A stretch of 63,726 nucleotides of DNA, filler included, from Vannella sp. (taxonomy: Eukaryota), in the NCBI GenBank assembly GCA_023345925.1. It is 7 parts of 7 records of this genome, joined end to end, with 100 filler letters (N's around TTAATTAATTAA, not from the genome) between each part and the next. Parts side by side here need not be neighbours in the genome. Positions count along the whole stretch, not along the records: positions 1 to 8,409 come from JAJQQN010000308.1; positions 8,510 to 15,398 come from JAJQQN010000605.1; 5 more parts are not named here. One strand, written 5' to 3'. Under the pieces are notes generated by a model, which saw only the letters and a program-made list of their open reading frames with translations, ran no database searches and was not told the origin of the DNA. Made by a program: the position numbers and the translations under genes. Below are positions 1-9,904 of this stretch, in pieces (within the stretch, counting starts at the first letter, position 1; each line of letters starts with the position of its first letter).

Positions 1-70
1 CCGCTAATCTTGAAGCCAAAGGCGGAAGCTTCAACATTGGCGCCAAGAGTCGAAAGCAATGACCACTTAA

Positions 71-1567
71 CTAATGGGAAGCTTCAAGCTTAGTCTCAGC
101 GAAGTTATCCTTGAGGACCAATCCGGCGTCCCATTTGACCTCTTTGTTTTCTATAAAGGTCTCAACAAAGCCAACAAGCTTGTAGTTGTTCGTCTGCGTG
201 ATAATACCCTTTAACTCCACGACAGTTTCAGCCTTAATGAAAAGCCCAGCTTCAAACTTGAACTCGAAAGCCTTTCCGTTGATGTTACCAGCTTTGGTAC
301 TCTTTCCAGCGCTTAAACCAAAAATAGGAACTGCGATGGAAGCGGTGGCCTTCGCAGTGATGATGGCCTCTAGAACAGTCTTCATCTCCATGTCAAAGGC
401 GATGCGGTTTTTGAAAACGCCATTACCATTAGCAGACTCTTCGTACTTGGTCTCAGTGCGGAAGCTGGCTTTGCCCCAGCAATCTTTGCAGGCGAGTTTG
501 AAAGTGATCTCGAAATCAGTTTTGGTTTTGACGATTCCTGCGGAAGGCTCTTTGGGTGGGGGCGGTTTGGGGCTTGGGATGTCTTTCAAGCCGAAATCTT
601 CAGCCCTCGCAGGGTACAGAGGAATCGCGATGATAGCTTTTCCAGTTGCTTTGTTGTAGTTAAAGCTAAAATCTGAGCCAGTTTCAGATCCAAGCAAACC
701 TAGAGCAAGCTGAGCCTGGAGAATTGGAGCTCTGATGATTATTGTAGCAACATCGAACACAACGTCGACCGCCGAGAGAGCAGTCTCTCCGACAGCAACC
801 ACGGTTTTTGCAACTTGAACAGCAGTGTTCTTCACTCCTCCCCAAAGGTCGCCAAGGAAATCTCCAAATCCTAATCCTCTCTTGTGAACTGGATGAAACT
901 CAAACTCTTCGTCAGGACGGAAGACAGTAAAGTTCGCAGGAGCAGCGCGGGACGTAAAGGTTCCATCACGTTGCGTGTACTGATAGTGTTGAACGTCGGT
1001 CTTCACGGAGGCCGTTTCCCAGAGATCAGCGAACTCCATTTCAATGACATTCTCAAGGAGAATGAGGTTCTCGTCGATCAACACGGGGTCTTGAGTTAGG
1101 AGAAAGTCCAAGGAACCACGGTGCTCGTCATCTCCTTCTTGGGTGAAGTCCATAGCCGTGCTGAAGATCATTCCTTTGCCAACTTTCATTCGCATCATCG
1201 CCTGCGGACGGCTTGTACGAATGACAACGTTGCGACCAGTAATGAAAACGTCTTGAACAGAGTCGTCCCAATCAGAGTTGAAGATGTGGTAACGCGGGCG
1301 CATGGTCGAAGAGTGGTAACGTGGAGAACCGAAGAGATCCAGATCAGCCAGCTTGCTCCGGTACGTTCTTCCAGCCTTCATCAGCACGTGGACATCACCA
1401 AGAACATGGCTGAAATGGTCCAAAGGGTCCATTTCTCGGAGGCGATGATGTCTCTCCTTCATTCTTTCCAACAGGTGATTGAAGGGAGAAGGACTCTCAG
1501 CTTGGTACTCAGCTCGAGAACCTTCAAACACAAACAAGAACAGACAAGCAACCAGCAAGGCGCGCAT
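71..1567 (-). CDS. Secreted protein of unknown function (signal peptide, dibasic KR site, beta-rich C-terminal region); may continue past the window edge
   Basis: 498-aa intronless ORF. Hydrophobic N-terminus MRALLVACLFLFVFEGSRA; HKR followed by the amphipathic GLGFGDFLGDLWGGVKNTAV; CKDC motif in a beta-strand-like C-terminal half. Confidence 0.75.
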   Translation of the reverse strand: MRALLVACLFLFVFEGSRAEYQAESPSPFNHLLERMKERHHRLREMDPLDHFSHVLGDVHVLMKAGRTYRSKLADLDLFGSPRYHSSTMRPRYHIFNSDWDDSVQDVFITGRNVVIRTSRPQAMMRMKVGKGMIFSTAMDFTQEGDDEHRGSLDFLLTQDPVLIDENLILLENVIEMEFADLWETASVKTDVQHYQYTQRDGTFTSRAAPANFTVFRPDEEFEFHPVHKRGLGFGDFLGDLWGGVKNTAVQVAKTVVAVGETALSAVDVVFDVATIIIRAPILQAQLALGLLGSETGSDFSFNYNKATGKAIIAIPLYPARAEDFGLKDIPSPKPPPPKEPSAGIVKTKTDFEITFKLACKDCWGKASFRTETKYEESANGNGVFKNRIAFDMEMKTVLEAIITAKATASIAVPIFGLSAGKSTKAGNINGKAFEFKFEAGLFIKAETVVELKGIITQTNNYKLVGFVETFIENKEVKWDAGLVLKDNFAETKLEASH

Positions 1568-1677
1568 AGAAAAGATTGATTTCCGCTTCTCCGCCAGAGA
1601 AGCAACCCCCAGAAGAGTCCAAAAATGGGTTCAACGCTACCAACAAAGGGTTAACCACTTCTTAATTTGGCCACCTA

Positions 1678-2045
1678 ACGAAAATTTTCGGAAGGCTTCA
1701 GTTCGTTGGTAGGGTTGAAGGCTTCAAGGGAGGTTGACTGGGTTTGGTAAGACCATGACCACAACAACAACAAACTGAAGCCTTCCCGAAAATTTTCGTC
1801 AAGACGAACGATGTTTTCGCGTCAGAGCCTTGAGAAGGGCGCTGCGCCTTGTGCACGGTATCTACCTTGGTGATGGGAGGCTTTGGCTTAAGGTTGAACT
1901 AGTTACTGAGCGCTCGTATTCACGCACTTGTGAACGGTGGGCCGCGACCGTACGGTTCTTCAGCCACGTAATGAACTTTTCATCAATGGGAGAGGTCGTA
2001 GTCTTACCAAACCCAGTCAACCTCCCTTGAAGGAAGCCTTCACCC
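1678..2045. repeat. Two interleaved inverted-repeat pairs
   Basis: 1678-1703 pairs with 1773-1799 (one extra C). 1722-1753 is the exact 32-bp reverse complement of 2001-2032. Confidence 0.9.
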
Positions 2046-2392
2046 CGATCAACACATGACACAAGGTGCCTTCTCCCTTTCTTGGTTCGACCACCATTGG
2101 CAGTGGCGTGGAAAGAAGACCCTTTCGTGATCGTGAAGGGTGGACCCTTCAGCGCTTGACTAAGCGATGATACTCTCCTACAAGCAAAGACAACCCTGAA
2201 TCGAAGAACAAAGACCTCCCAACCAAGGACCTCCAGGATCCTTGTGTTTTGGTGCTTTTTCGGCTCTCAAACGAAGGGAAAGTAGCCCTCCTAAACCACA
2301 TAAAGTCATCGGTCGCATAGAATTGGAGAAGGAGAGCGGGGAGAGACTATTCACCAGCCAGAGTGCAGGCGGGAGTCTTTCTTCACCACTGA

Positions 2393-2476
2393 ACCACGTC
2401 CGCTCTCCGTTGACTAGCATCAATGCTGATGATGATTTTATATGTTTTAAAGAGGGCTACTTTTCCATCGTTTGGA
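2393..2476 (+). mobile_element. Partial copy of the MITE-like repeat family
   Basis: 2410-2476 aligns closely to 32361-32426 (gact.gcat.aatgct.atgatgattttat.tgtttt.aagagggc.acttttccatcg) and is preceded by the ccacgtccgct family motif. Confidence 0.7.
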
Positions 2477-2534
2477 TCTAAATAACCAAAGGGCTCTCAT
2501 CGGGACAAAACCCCACTTTTAGGGGGTCGATACA

Positions 2535-4262
2535 TCATTCATTGCGCGACAACTGCTTAGAAGTGAGTTTTCGGTTCTTTTCTGCTAAAAGGAGCGGATT
2601 CAGATTCAATCGAGGAATGCGTTCTTCTTGGAGTTGGCGGAAGGAGAAGTGCGTTCCGAGGATAGTTTGCTCAAGAAGGACTTTATCCTTGTTTTCGTGA
2701 GCTTGATAGTGTCCAAATAGAACTTCTTTAGCTTTGTTCTTTGGAACTACATCCAGAGGGAATACTCCCGACACAAAGGAGCTTTGAGTGGCTAAAGAAA
2801 AGTAAACTGAGTTACTGTGCTCCACACTCACTTCTTCTGGTGTCTCATAGTTGTATAGAAGCACTCTGGATACTCCCAAAGAAAACTTAAGCTGAGTGAA
2901 TTGGCTGTTAATGACGACCACGCCAGAAGGAATCTCTACAAAGTCATGGAAGTACGAGTTCACCACGATACTGCCTTTTGCAACATAGCCACCCTTTTCA
3001 AATACGGATTGTACAACCATACTCTCCTCTTCTACGACAAGCGGCTTGGCTGAGTTGAGAGAACATGATTCCACCTTAGAGGACTCAAGAGGAAGAGATA
3101 AGAGGCGCCGAATAACATCTCTCTGCTCTCTGTGAGGAGAAATGGTGCTCATATGAAGCTCATAAACATCTGCACAAAGTCCTGTGTCGTACCAAAGCGC
3201 CTCCGACCCCAAATTGAGTACAACAGGAGCCCCACATAGCTCAATGTACTCCCGCGCGATGCCAAGAAGTGCCATCCAATCCTCTTCACAGAAGAGCTTC
3301 TGTTGTTTACCAGCCCAGCGTTCCCTCCACTGCTGATCTGCCTCCTCAAGAGAGCATTTGGCGGAAACTAGGGCCAAAGGCTCCAACACGTGCTGGCTCC
3401 AGTCAAAGTCCTTGCTCTCATAGAAGGCAGGTCCCTTCCTTGTAGCCCTCGAGTACAAGCTTACTAGAGCGGTGCGTGCCTTCGTAGTGCAGCCAAAGAC
3501 AAAGGCGTTGAAGAATACTGAGCGTCGTTGATAGCGCTCCAAGGTGCGCAGGATCTCGTCGCCAGGCGCTTTCTCTAAGAACTCTACAGGTGCTGAAGTG
3601 TCAGGGTCCACAATCATGATCCCCAGCTGCTCCAGGAAGGGGAGAACTTTGTCGTCCAACACTTGTCCGTCTTCACCCAGCACCTTGACCTCCTTGGAGA
3701 AGTAGAACAGGTTCCCTTCGATCACTTCAGAGAACAGGCGACCATCTAAAGTGGCCAGAGGTTGGCTGGGCAGCAGGATGTTGTCGGTACCAGCAATCAA
3801 AGTCAAGTTCTTTCCACTTTGAGGTGCCTGGGAGAGAAGGTAGCCACACTGGTCGATCGTTTGCTCCAATAGAGTTCCGTGGAAGATACCTGTGAGTGCC
3901 TTGACGAACCCGTTGCTTCCTGAAACCGCCCACAGCCGAGAACCTTCTCCCGCCGCCAGGAGCCCAAGGATAGACCCCGGACCATCCACAGCAGCACAAA
4001 GAGTCTCCTTCATCGTATTGATCACCGCACATCCACTCCCCTCCAACGTCCCAAGCTCCTCCTTGACCCCCACCACTTGGACCGCCTCCGATCGAAGAAA
4101 GCGGCTCGGACTCACTCCCCGGCAGTACGCCTGCAACTCCTCCGCACGCGAGGACTCCCAGTTCTTAAAGTTATACGCAATGTACGCAATCACCTCCTCT
4201 GGAGACAGAAAAGCCGTCCGCCCCTTCCACTCCTCAAACCTCTCCGCCTCCGCCAGGCTCAT
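2535..4262 (-). CDS. Sugar-1-phosphate nucleotidyltransferase, fucose-1-phosphate guanylyltransferase/fucokinase N-terminal-like
   Basis: 575-aa ORF with the LLAAGEGSRL...KAL pyrophosphorylase signature, an upstream EGSGCA motif, WYDTG, and a C-terminal hexapeptide-like beta-helix region (SMVVQSV, SIVVNSY, VVVINSQ). Confidence 0.65.
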   Translation of the reverse strand: MSLAEAERFEEWKGRTAFLSPEEVIAYIAYNFKNWESSRAEELQAYCRGVSPSRFLRSEAVQVVGVKEELGTLEGSGCAVINTMKETLCAAVDGPGSILGLLAAGEGSRLWAVSGSNGFVKALTGIFHGTLLEQTIDQCGYLLSQAPQSGKNLTLIAGTDNILLPSQPLATLDGRLFSEVIEGNLFYFSKEVKVLGEDGQVLDDKVLPFLEQLGIMIVDPDTSAPVEFLEKAPGDEILRTLERYQRRSVFFNAFVFGCTTKARTALVSLYSRATRKGPAFYESKDFDWSQHVLEPLALVSAKCSLEEADQQWRERWAGKQQKLFCEEDWMALLGIAREYIELCGAPVVLNLGSEALWYDTGLCADVYELHMSTISPHREQRDVIRRLLSLPLESSKVESCSLNSAKPLVVEEESMVVQSVFEKGGYVAKGSIVVNSYFHDFVEIPSGVVVINSQFTQLKFSLGVSRVLLYNYETPEEVSVEHSNSVYFSLATQSSFVSGVFPLDVVPKNKAKEVLFGHYQAHENKDKVLLEQTILGTHFSFRQLQEERIPRLNLNPLLLAEKNRKLTSKQLSRNE

Positions 4263-4320
4263 CTCAGAGAGGAGGACCAGAGAATACCCTTTTCATTGGC
4301 TTTGGGGACGCTGTGGGAGG

Positions 4321-6027
4321 ATGGAAGCGGCTCCTGTGAGGATCGGGGCGTCGGGCCAAGATGCCATCGAACGCGTTGTGGAAGGGCAGGAAGAGCGGAT
4401 TGATCAGCTGCCGTACTCGTTTGAGGAGTACTTTAGCGTGTCGGACACGGTGCGGGCTATCGTGGAGGGCCAGCATGTGGCTGTGGCGTTGCAGTTCCCA
4501 GACTCTTTGTTGTGGGCAGCCACTCAAGTGCAGGATCGTTTGCAGGCCGAGCTAAAGGAAAGAGTACCGCTGTGTAAGCTTTGTATCTTGGCTGATACCT
4601 CTTATGGGAGCTGCTGTGTTGATGAGATCGCCGCCCAGCACTTTCGTTCGACCCTTGTGGTCCACTACGGCCACGCTTGTCTCTCTCACTCATCCAATCG
4701 ATTGAGTGTGTTCTTTGTCTTCGGAAAGAAGCCTTCGCGAGTGGAGGAGCTCCGGGATCAGCATCTTCCTTCCATTCTGGCTGCGATCGCCCCTCCCAAG
4801 GACACAGAAGGGTCCGCTTCCCCTCCCAAACAGCTTTTCGTGATGTACGATGTCGTCTATCATCATCAAGTTGAGGAAATCAGAGCGCTGGAGCGAATGG
4901 ACCCCCGCATTGTCCTCTGCGAGGTGAATCAAACCTCCCTCTTCGCTCCCAAAGAGGTTTCAAAGGAAGAAGCGACGTCCTGCTGCTCCACAAAGACAAA
5001 TGGAAGTATATGCTGTAGTGAGAAAGACTGTACGCCAGAAGAAGATGACTACGACACGGAGATTGTCCGAATCAACTCCATCCCGCAGGACATTGACCAA
5101 ACTCTTCTCGGAAACCGCGTCATTCTCGGTCGCCAAGTTCCCCTTGACATACAAAACGCTGACGGTGACAGTGTGTTCCTCTGGATTGGTGATTCAGAGT
5201 CGATCACCCTCCGCAACCTCAAGATGAGATTCAATCGGTGCTCCTTTGCCATCTGGAACCCTTCTAAAGGTCGCCTGGAGCAAGAGAAGGTCCTCAACCG
5301 CTCACTAATGCAAAGATATGGTCTCGTAGCCAAGGCAAAGGAATCAAACCTCATTGGAATCCTTGTGGGAACCTTGGCGGTATCGCGCTACCTCCAAGTG
5401 GTTGAATATGTCAAGAAGATCGTAAAGGAGGCAGGGAAGCACTACTACTTATACGTGGTGGGTAAGATCAATCCATACAAGCTTGCCAACTTCCCAGAAG
5501 TCGACGTCTTCGTCCTTATTGCTTGCCATGAGAACTCCGCCATCGACTCGCGCGACTTTTACAAACCCATCATCACACCATTCGAGCTGCAGCTGGCCTT
5601 GGTTAGGTACGTTGTTTGTTACTTGGTTGAGAAAGTGGTTTGACTGGAGGCCGCCAGGGGGAAGGAGTGGACAGGAGAGTACTTGCCAGACTATCGCGAC
5701 CTTTTGGACCAAGTTGAGGCCGAGAAGGGGACGGAAGGTACAACAGCGGATACAAAAGAAGAGAGCGAGTACAACTATTCTCTATGGACTCAATCGATGG
5801 TTAAGAATCCCAAAGCGAGAGTTCTTGAGGACGAGGAGGAGACCAGCTCTTCAACTCTTGCCACTCGCAACCAACAAACACAAATCATCTCCTCCGCCTC
5901 CGCTCAGCACTACCTAAAGAGCACATGGCAAGGTCTTGAGCAACGAATAGGTGAAACACCTGTCGAGCTAGCAGTCTTGGGACTTGCAGGCATCCCCAAA
6001 CAATATGAAAGCGAACCAGGCCAATAA
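4321..6027 (+). CDS. DPH2: Diphthamide biosynthesis protein 2
   Basis: Motifs VALQFPDSLL, LADTSYGSCCVDEIAAQH, VHYGHACLS, GKINPYKLANFPEVDVFVLIAC and C-terminal STWQGLE...GLAGIPKQY. One GT-AG intron at about 5607-5657. Confidence 0.93.
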
Positions 6028-6113
6028 ATGATCAGGAGAAGAAGTCTTAGCGATTGAGTTTATTATAGCACAGGAATAATGATGATGATGGTACAGAGTA
6101 CACAAGAGGGTGT

Positions 6114-6515
6114 TTATGCTTCACCTCCAGCAGAGTTGTACTTGGTCACAGCCTTGGTACCTTCAGAGACGGCGTGCTTGGCCAACTCTCCAGGGAGGAT
6201 CAGACGGACAGCAGTCTGGATCTCGCGAGAGGTGATGGTGTGCTTGTTGTTGTAACGGGCAAGGCGACCAGCCTCGTTAGCAAGACGCTCGAAGATATCG
6301 TGAACGAAGGAGTCCATGACGACCATAGCCTTCTTGGAGATTCCGGTGTCGTTGTGGACCTGCTTGAGGACCTTGTAGATGTACGATGAGTAGGAAGAAG
6401 TGTTGGGCTTCTTTCGCTTGTTCTTGTCGTCCTTGGTGGTGGAGGTCTTTGGCTTCTTGGCCTTCTTCTCGACGTCTCCAGCGGTTCTGGGCTTCTTTCC
6501 TGCGACCTTTGGCAT
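6114..6515 (-). CDS. H2B: Histone H2B
   Basis: [50 protein letters not shown] at 6515 (MPKVAGKK). Confidence 0.98.
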   Translation of the reverse strand: MPKVAGKKPRTAGDVEKKAKKPKTSTTKDDKNKRKKPNTSSYSSYIYKVLKQVHNDTGISKKAMVVMDSFVHDIFERLANEAGRLARYNNKHTITSREIQTAVRLILPGELAKHAVSEGTKAVTKYNSAGGEA

Positions 6516-6609
6516 GTTGTTGGTAGATTGTGTTCTCAACCGCTCAGAAGACGGCTTTTATCAGGCTTGAGCAACGGGGGAAAATCCGTACTCGGTTGTA
6601 TCCGTCCTC

Positions 6610-6630
6610 TGATTGGTCTCGCTGATTGAG
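6610..6630 (-). promoter_or_regulatory. CCAAT box upstream of H2B
   Basis: gaccaatca on the minus strand about 100 nt upstream of the ATG, plus a near-copy (ctcaatcag). Typical of histone promoters. Confidence 0.4.
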
Positions 6631-6662
6631 TAGGATTTTGACAAAATCGGTTCCCCGCCATT

Positions 6663-7957
6663 TTATTGTTCTGGGTTGGGTGGTTTCCATGGAGGTAAAA
6701 TATGTGCCGCTTTTCGAGATGAAATTGAAGGAGAATTAACTATGGGCCTGCTGATAAAGCGGATCCTTTCTCTGGTCTCTTCTGCCTTCTGAGTGAACTC
6801 GAGGCGGAAAGGATCTGGATGTAGCAGAGGGGATATCACTGGGGGTGCTAGTGTCAGTCGGGATTCACCAGTCATTGTGACTGTGTTCCTCATCAAAGAC
6901 GCAACTTCTTGAACAAGGTACGGATCAGGCCTCATTAGAGGAGCAGAAGAACATCTCTGGAGGTTCTTGGAGAAGGAGATTTGCTCCCCGTTGATAGGTC
7001 CTTTCACACTGGGCTCTCCACGCGTGGGATGGGCAAGTTGACCTTGGTCTAGTTGCTGGGAGGAGGGGAGGACGAATGAAGGTGTTTGATGCCACTGATG
7101 TGGTTCTCCTGAAAGAGGAGCGAATCTCGCAGGCGCTGTTGAACGGCCAGACTCTAGGACGATTCATGAGAAGGAGTGGTGGAGTGGTCTCTCACCTTGC
7201 GTTGGCTCAAATGAAACAAACTCTTGGTTGCTCCCTTCTGGAAAGTATTCAAAACGGCTTAAATCGGAAAGAAAAGGAGAGCCTCGGTGACCTGCCTTGG
7301 GCGAGGCGCGGAACTGAATCAGGTTCTCTGGCTAAGTAACCATCAGTCACAGCATTTGGAAGTTGTGACACTACTCACAGGTACGGAGCTTGGACGCATT
7401 CGCTTGTGAGGAGGAGAAAGTGATTGTCGTCGTCGAGAGGGTGGAGAGGGGCGAGTGCCATCGTGGTTATGACACTCAACGCAACGACAATTGTCACCAC
7501 AATGGACACCTGCCTGGAAGCACTCGCAGTAGCGCTTCTGGCAATGGCTCTTCTTGCAGTGGCAACCTTTGTGGTGCAATCCAATGGGAGTTTCTCCAGG
7601 CTGCGTCGAGTGTGAGCGAGGTTGCATAGATACGGTACAACCCACCTCAGATGCGTATTTGATCTTGTTAGTGAACGCCTTTGGATTGCGGTCTAAGGTA
7701 GAGATGACAGCAGCTCTCACTGCTTCTTGTTGGTTTGACGTGTTGGAGCACCCAACGCAGTTGCAGTCTTCGCAGTAGCTACGGGAGGCAAAGCACTCAC
7801 AATACCTTAAAACTTGCATTCAGTGACAACTCTGGACATCAAGTGAGGTGGCTACGTACAGCTTTAGACAGCGGGAGTTCTTGCAATTGCATCTCTTCTT
7901 CTTGTTGGCTCCCTCGGCCTCCGTTGTATCTGCCTCTTTCTCCCCACTATCTTCCAT
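6663..7957 (-). CDS. Tesmin/TSO1-like CRC (CXC) domain protein, LIN54-like; spliced
   Basis: Spliced MEDSG...KKRCNCKNSRCLKL|YCECFASRSYCEDCNCVGCSN, an RNPKAF hinge, then KGCHCKKSHCQKRYCECFQAG. The 3' exon structure is approximate. Confidence 0.88.
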
Positions 7958-8305
7958 CAGCTACTGTATCAAACGAGCCAGCCAACCCACTTGGTAGAAG
8001 GAGTGGCGGAGCTATAAAACTCAGGATCATGCCGCAACAACCGAGGCTCTCCCTCTCCCTGCAAATCAGCATGGTCGACAACGATCAACGTCCTGTGGCC
8101 CACGTGGGTCAATAGGAGTGGCAGGCAGAAGGGGTCCCCTCACGATGGGACAGACATGGTCCGCCAAAATACAAAAAATGTTTGAATCAAAAGTCGCGTG
8201 TGTCCAAATCAAACGATCGCCGATGGACTCCCATCTCAGATGTTTCTTTGAAAAAGAAATTTCCGAAGAAAAGGCGGAGTTTCTTTTCTTTCTTCCTCGT
8301 TGTGG

Positions 8306-8409
8306 ATGGAAGGTCTTGGACACTGGATCGTTGTTGGCGCTGGTCCAGCAGGTATTGGCTCTGCGATTGCATTGGCTAAACGGGGTTACAAGGTGGACGT
8401 GTATGAAAG
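8306..8409 (+). CDS. FAD-dependent oxidoreductase/monooxygenase, N-terminal fragment truncated by the contig end
   Basis: Not in the ORF track. Reads MEGLGHWIVVGAGPAGIGSAIALAKRGYKVDVYE, a GxGxxG Rossmann beta-alpha-beta unit ending in an acidic residue. Confidence 0.85.
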
Positions 8410-8509
8410 NNNNNNNNNNNNNNNNNNNNNNNNNNNNNNNNNNNNNNNNNNNNTTAATTAATTAANNNNNNNNNNNNNNNNNNNNNNNNNNNNNNNNNNN
8501 NNNNNNNNN
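8410..8509. other. Artificial contig linker
   Basis: 44 N + TTAATTAATTAA (stops in all six frames) + 44 N. Confidence 0.98.
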
Positions 8510-9766
8510 GAGGCCCTCCCTGTAGCACCCAGTGAACCCCTAGAAGACGAAGAAAAGAAGGGGACCCGCTTCCAAACCGGACTGTACGTGTATGGAGCCT
8601 TTCTCTTCCTCGCCATCGCCGGAACCGTCTCGTACAAGGCTGCGCAGTACTGGAGGCATTCAGACATCTCTCTCATCTACCTGGGACGTGGCCACTCCTT
8701 TGATGAGAGCATGGACGAGAAGATGTGCTTCCCCATCACCAAACTGACGCGCTACTTCCTTTCCGCCAAATCTCTTCCCATTGCTAAGGGAGAGGAGCTG
8801 CGAGCTGCATACCCTCAATCAGTGATGCCAGAGCTTCTCTTAGCTTATATGCATCTTATGAATGGCCGAATGAGCGATTCAGAGCGCCATCTGGACGAGG
8901 CGCATCGCCTTCTCGAGGAGTTCCCTGGAGAGAACGAGCCGTTCAAGTCCTTGTTCCCGATTCAGTCTGTACAGGTGGAGGATGCCCCGCCAGTAATGAC
9001 AGAGATCAAGCCCGGCCGCATCTGGACTGTGGAAGGGAGGGTGAAGACAAAACACTTTGCTTTCCAAGGCGTCTCTGGACAAGCGTCCGTCGTCCGCCTG
9101 CATGATGGATCCTTGGTTCTATTCAACCCCATTGCCTTCTCAAAGGAGAACATGGAGCAGATCAATCAGCTGGGCCAAGTACGGGCGATCATCTCGCCTT
9201 CTTGCGACCACCACTCTGGCGTGGAGCTTGCCCACGCTATCTGGCCCTCTGCTGGTCTCATAGCATCAGATAAGAGACACATGGGCTTCACAGAGGCGAA
9301 AGTAGCGCTCATCTACACCCCAAACGACGTCGACAAACTGTTGGGGGAGCTCGTTGTCGTCTCTCACTTCGGGAATGCACAAAAGGAACTGCTTATCTAC
9401 GACCCAGAGTCTCGTACGTTACTGGGACCAACAGATTCAGTCCTTAGGAACCCTCTGTCCTCACCAGGGCCCCGGACATTGACCGATGTGGGAGTGGCAC
9501 TGGGAGCTGGACTCTTCCGAGGCGCAGAAACTCGGGAATACGGGTGTCCCAACACTATGATTGTGCAAGCGCTCCTCAAAACCGAGTTTGCAGCATTCTT
9601 CGGGCGACTTTATGCCTTAGATGTGGACACAATCGTCCTTGGACACGGTGGCATCGTTCACCAGCCCATCGAACAGTTCCTAAAGCCCCTCTTTAGCTGG
9701 GTACCGTACCAGACCTTCAGGCAGTACCTCAAGTGGACGTGGGCCAACTCTAAAAGAAACCTGTAA
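8510..9766 (+). CDS. DUF4336-like metallo-beta-lactamase-fold protein with N-terminal TM anchor and TPR-like helix; 5' truncated
   Basis: Frame is open from the contig edge. VVRLHDGSLVLFNPI, LGQVRAIISPSCDHH, IVLGHG. Paralog at 56333-57756. Confidence 0.75.
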   Translation, partial: EALPVAPSEPLEDEEKKGTRFQTGLYVYGAFLFLAIAGTVSYKAAQYWRHSDISLIYLGRGHSFDESMDEKMCFPITKLTRYFLSAKSLPIAKGEELRAAYPQSVMPELLLAYMHLMNGRMSDSERHLDEAHRLLEEFPGENEPFKSLFPIQSVQVEDAPPVMTEIKPGRIWTVEGRVKTKHFAFQGVSGQASVVRLHDGSLVLFNPIAFSKENMEQINQLGQVRAIISPSCDHHSGVELAHAIWPSAGLIASDKRHMGFTEAKVALIYTPNDVDKLLGELVVVSHFGNAQKELLIYDPESRTLLGPTDSVLRNPLSSPGPRTLTDVGVALGAGLFRGAETREYGCPNTMIVQALLKTEFAAFFGRLYALDVDTIVLGHGGIVHQPIEQFLKPLFSWVPYQTFRQYLKWTWANSKRNL

Positions 9767-9904
9767 AACTGGTCTCTTCTCCTCTTCTCCCCTTCTCGCT
9801 GGTCCCTCAGAGCTGGCTGGCTACTTCTAGTGCAAGACAAAGGAAGAGAAGAGAGTCTCACTGGGAGCAAGAGGGCCATTCTGTGCGAGGCAGGGGGGGC
9901 GGGC

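Noticed and set aside
2178..2423. Protein similarity NGERTWFS vs NGGQRTWFS (18589-19206 ORF) suggesting a gene family
   Set aside because: Explained by the shared DNA repeat motif; there is no similarity outside it.
3892..4320. 143-aa N-terminal extension of DPH2 overlapping the opposite gene
   Set aside because: It starts at a non-ATG codon and is the antisense shadow of the nucleotidyltransferase; ATG 4321 fits DPH2.
6030..6113. Histone 3' stem-loop or snoRNA downstream of H2B
   Set aside because: No stem-loop consensus or paired C/D boxes. An AATAAA on the minus strand near 6059-6064 suggests ordinary polyadenylation.
8410..8509. Recurrent TTAATTAATTAA palindrome inside N runs (six occurrences)
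   Set aside because: Identical 100-nt artificial linker with stops in all frames. It is not biological, and gene neighbourhoods across it cannot be interpreted.
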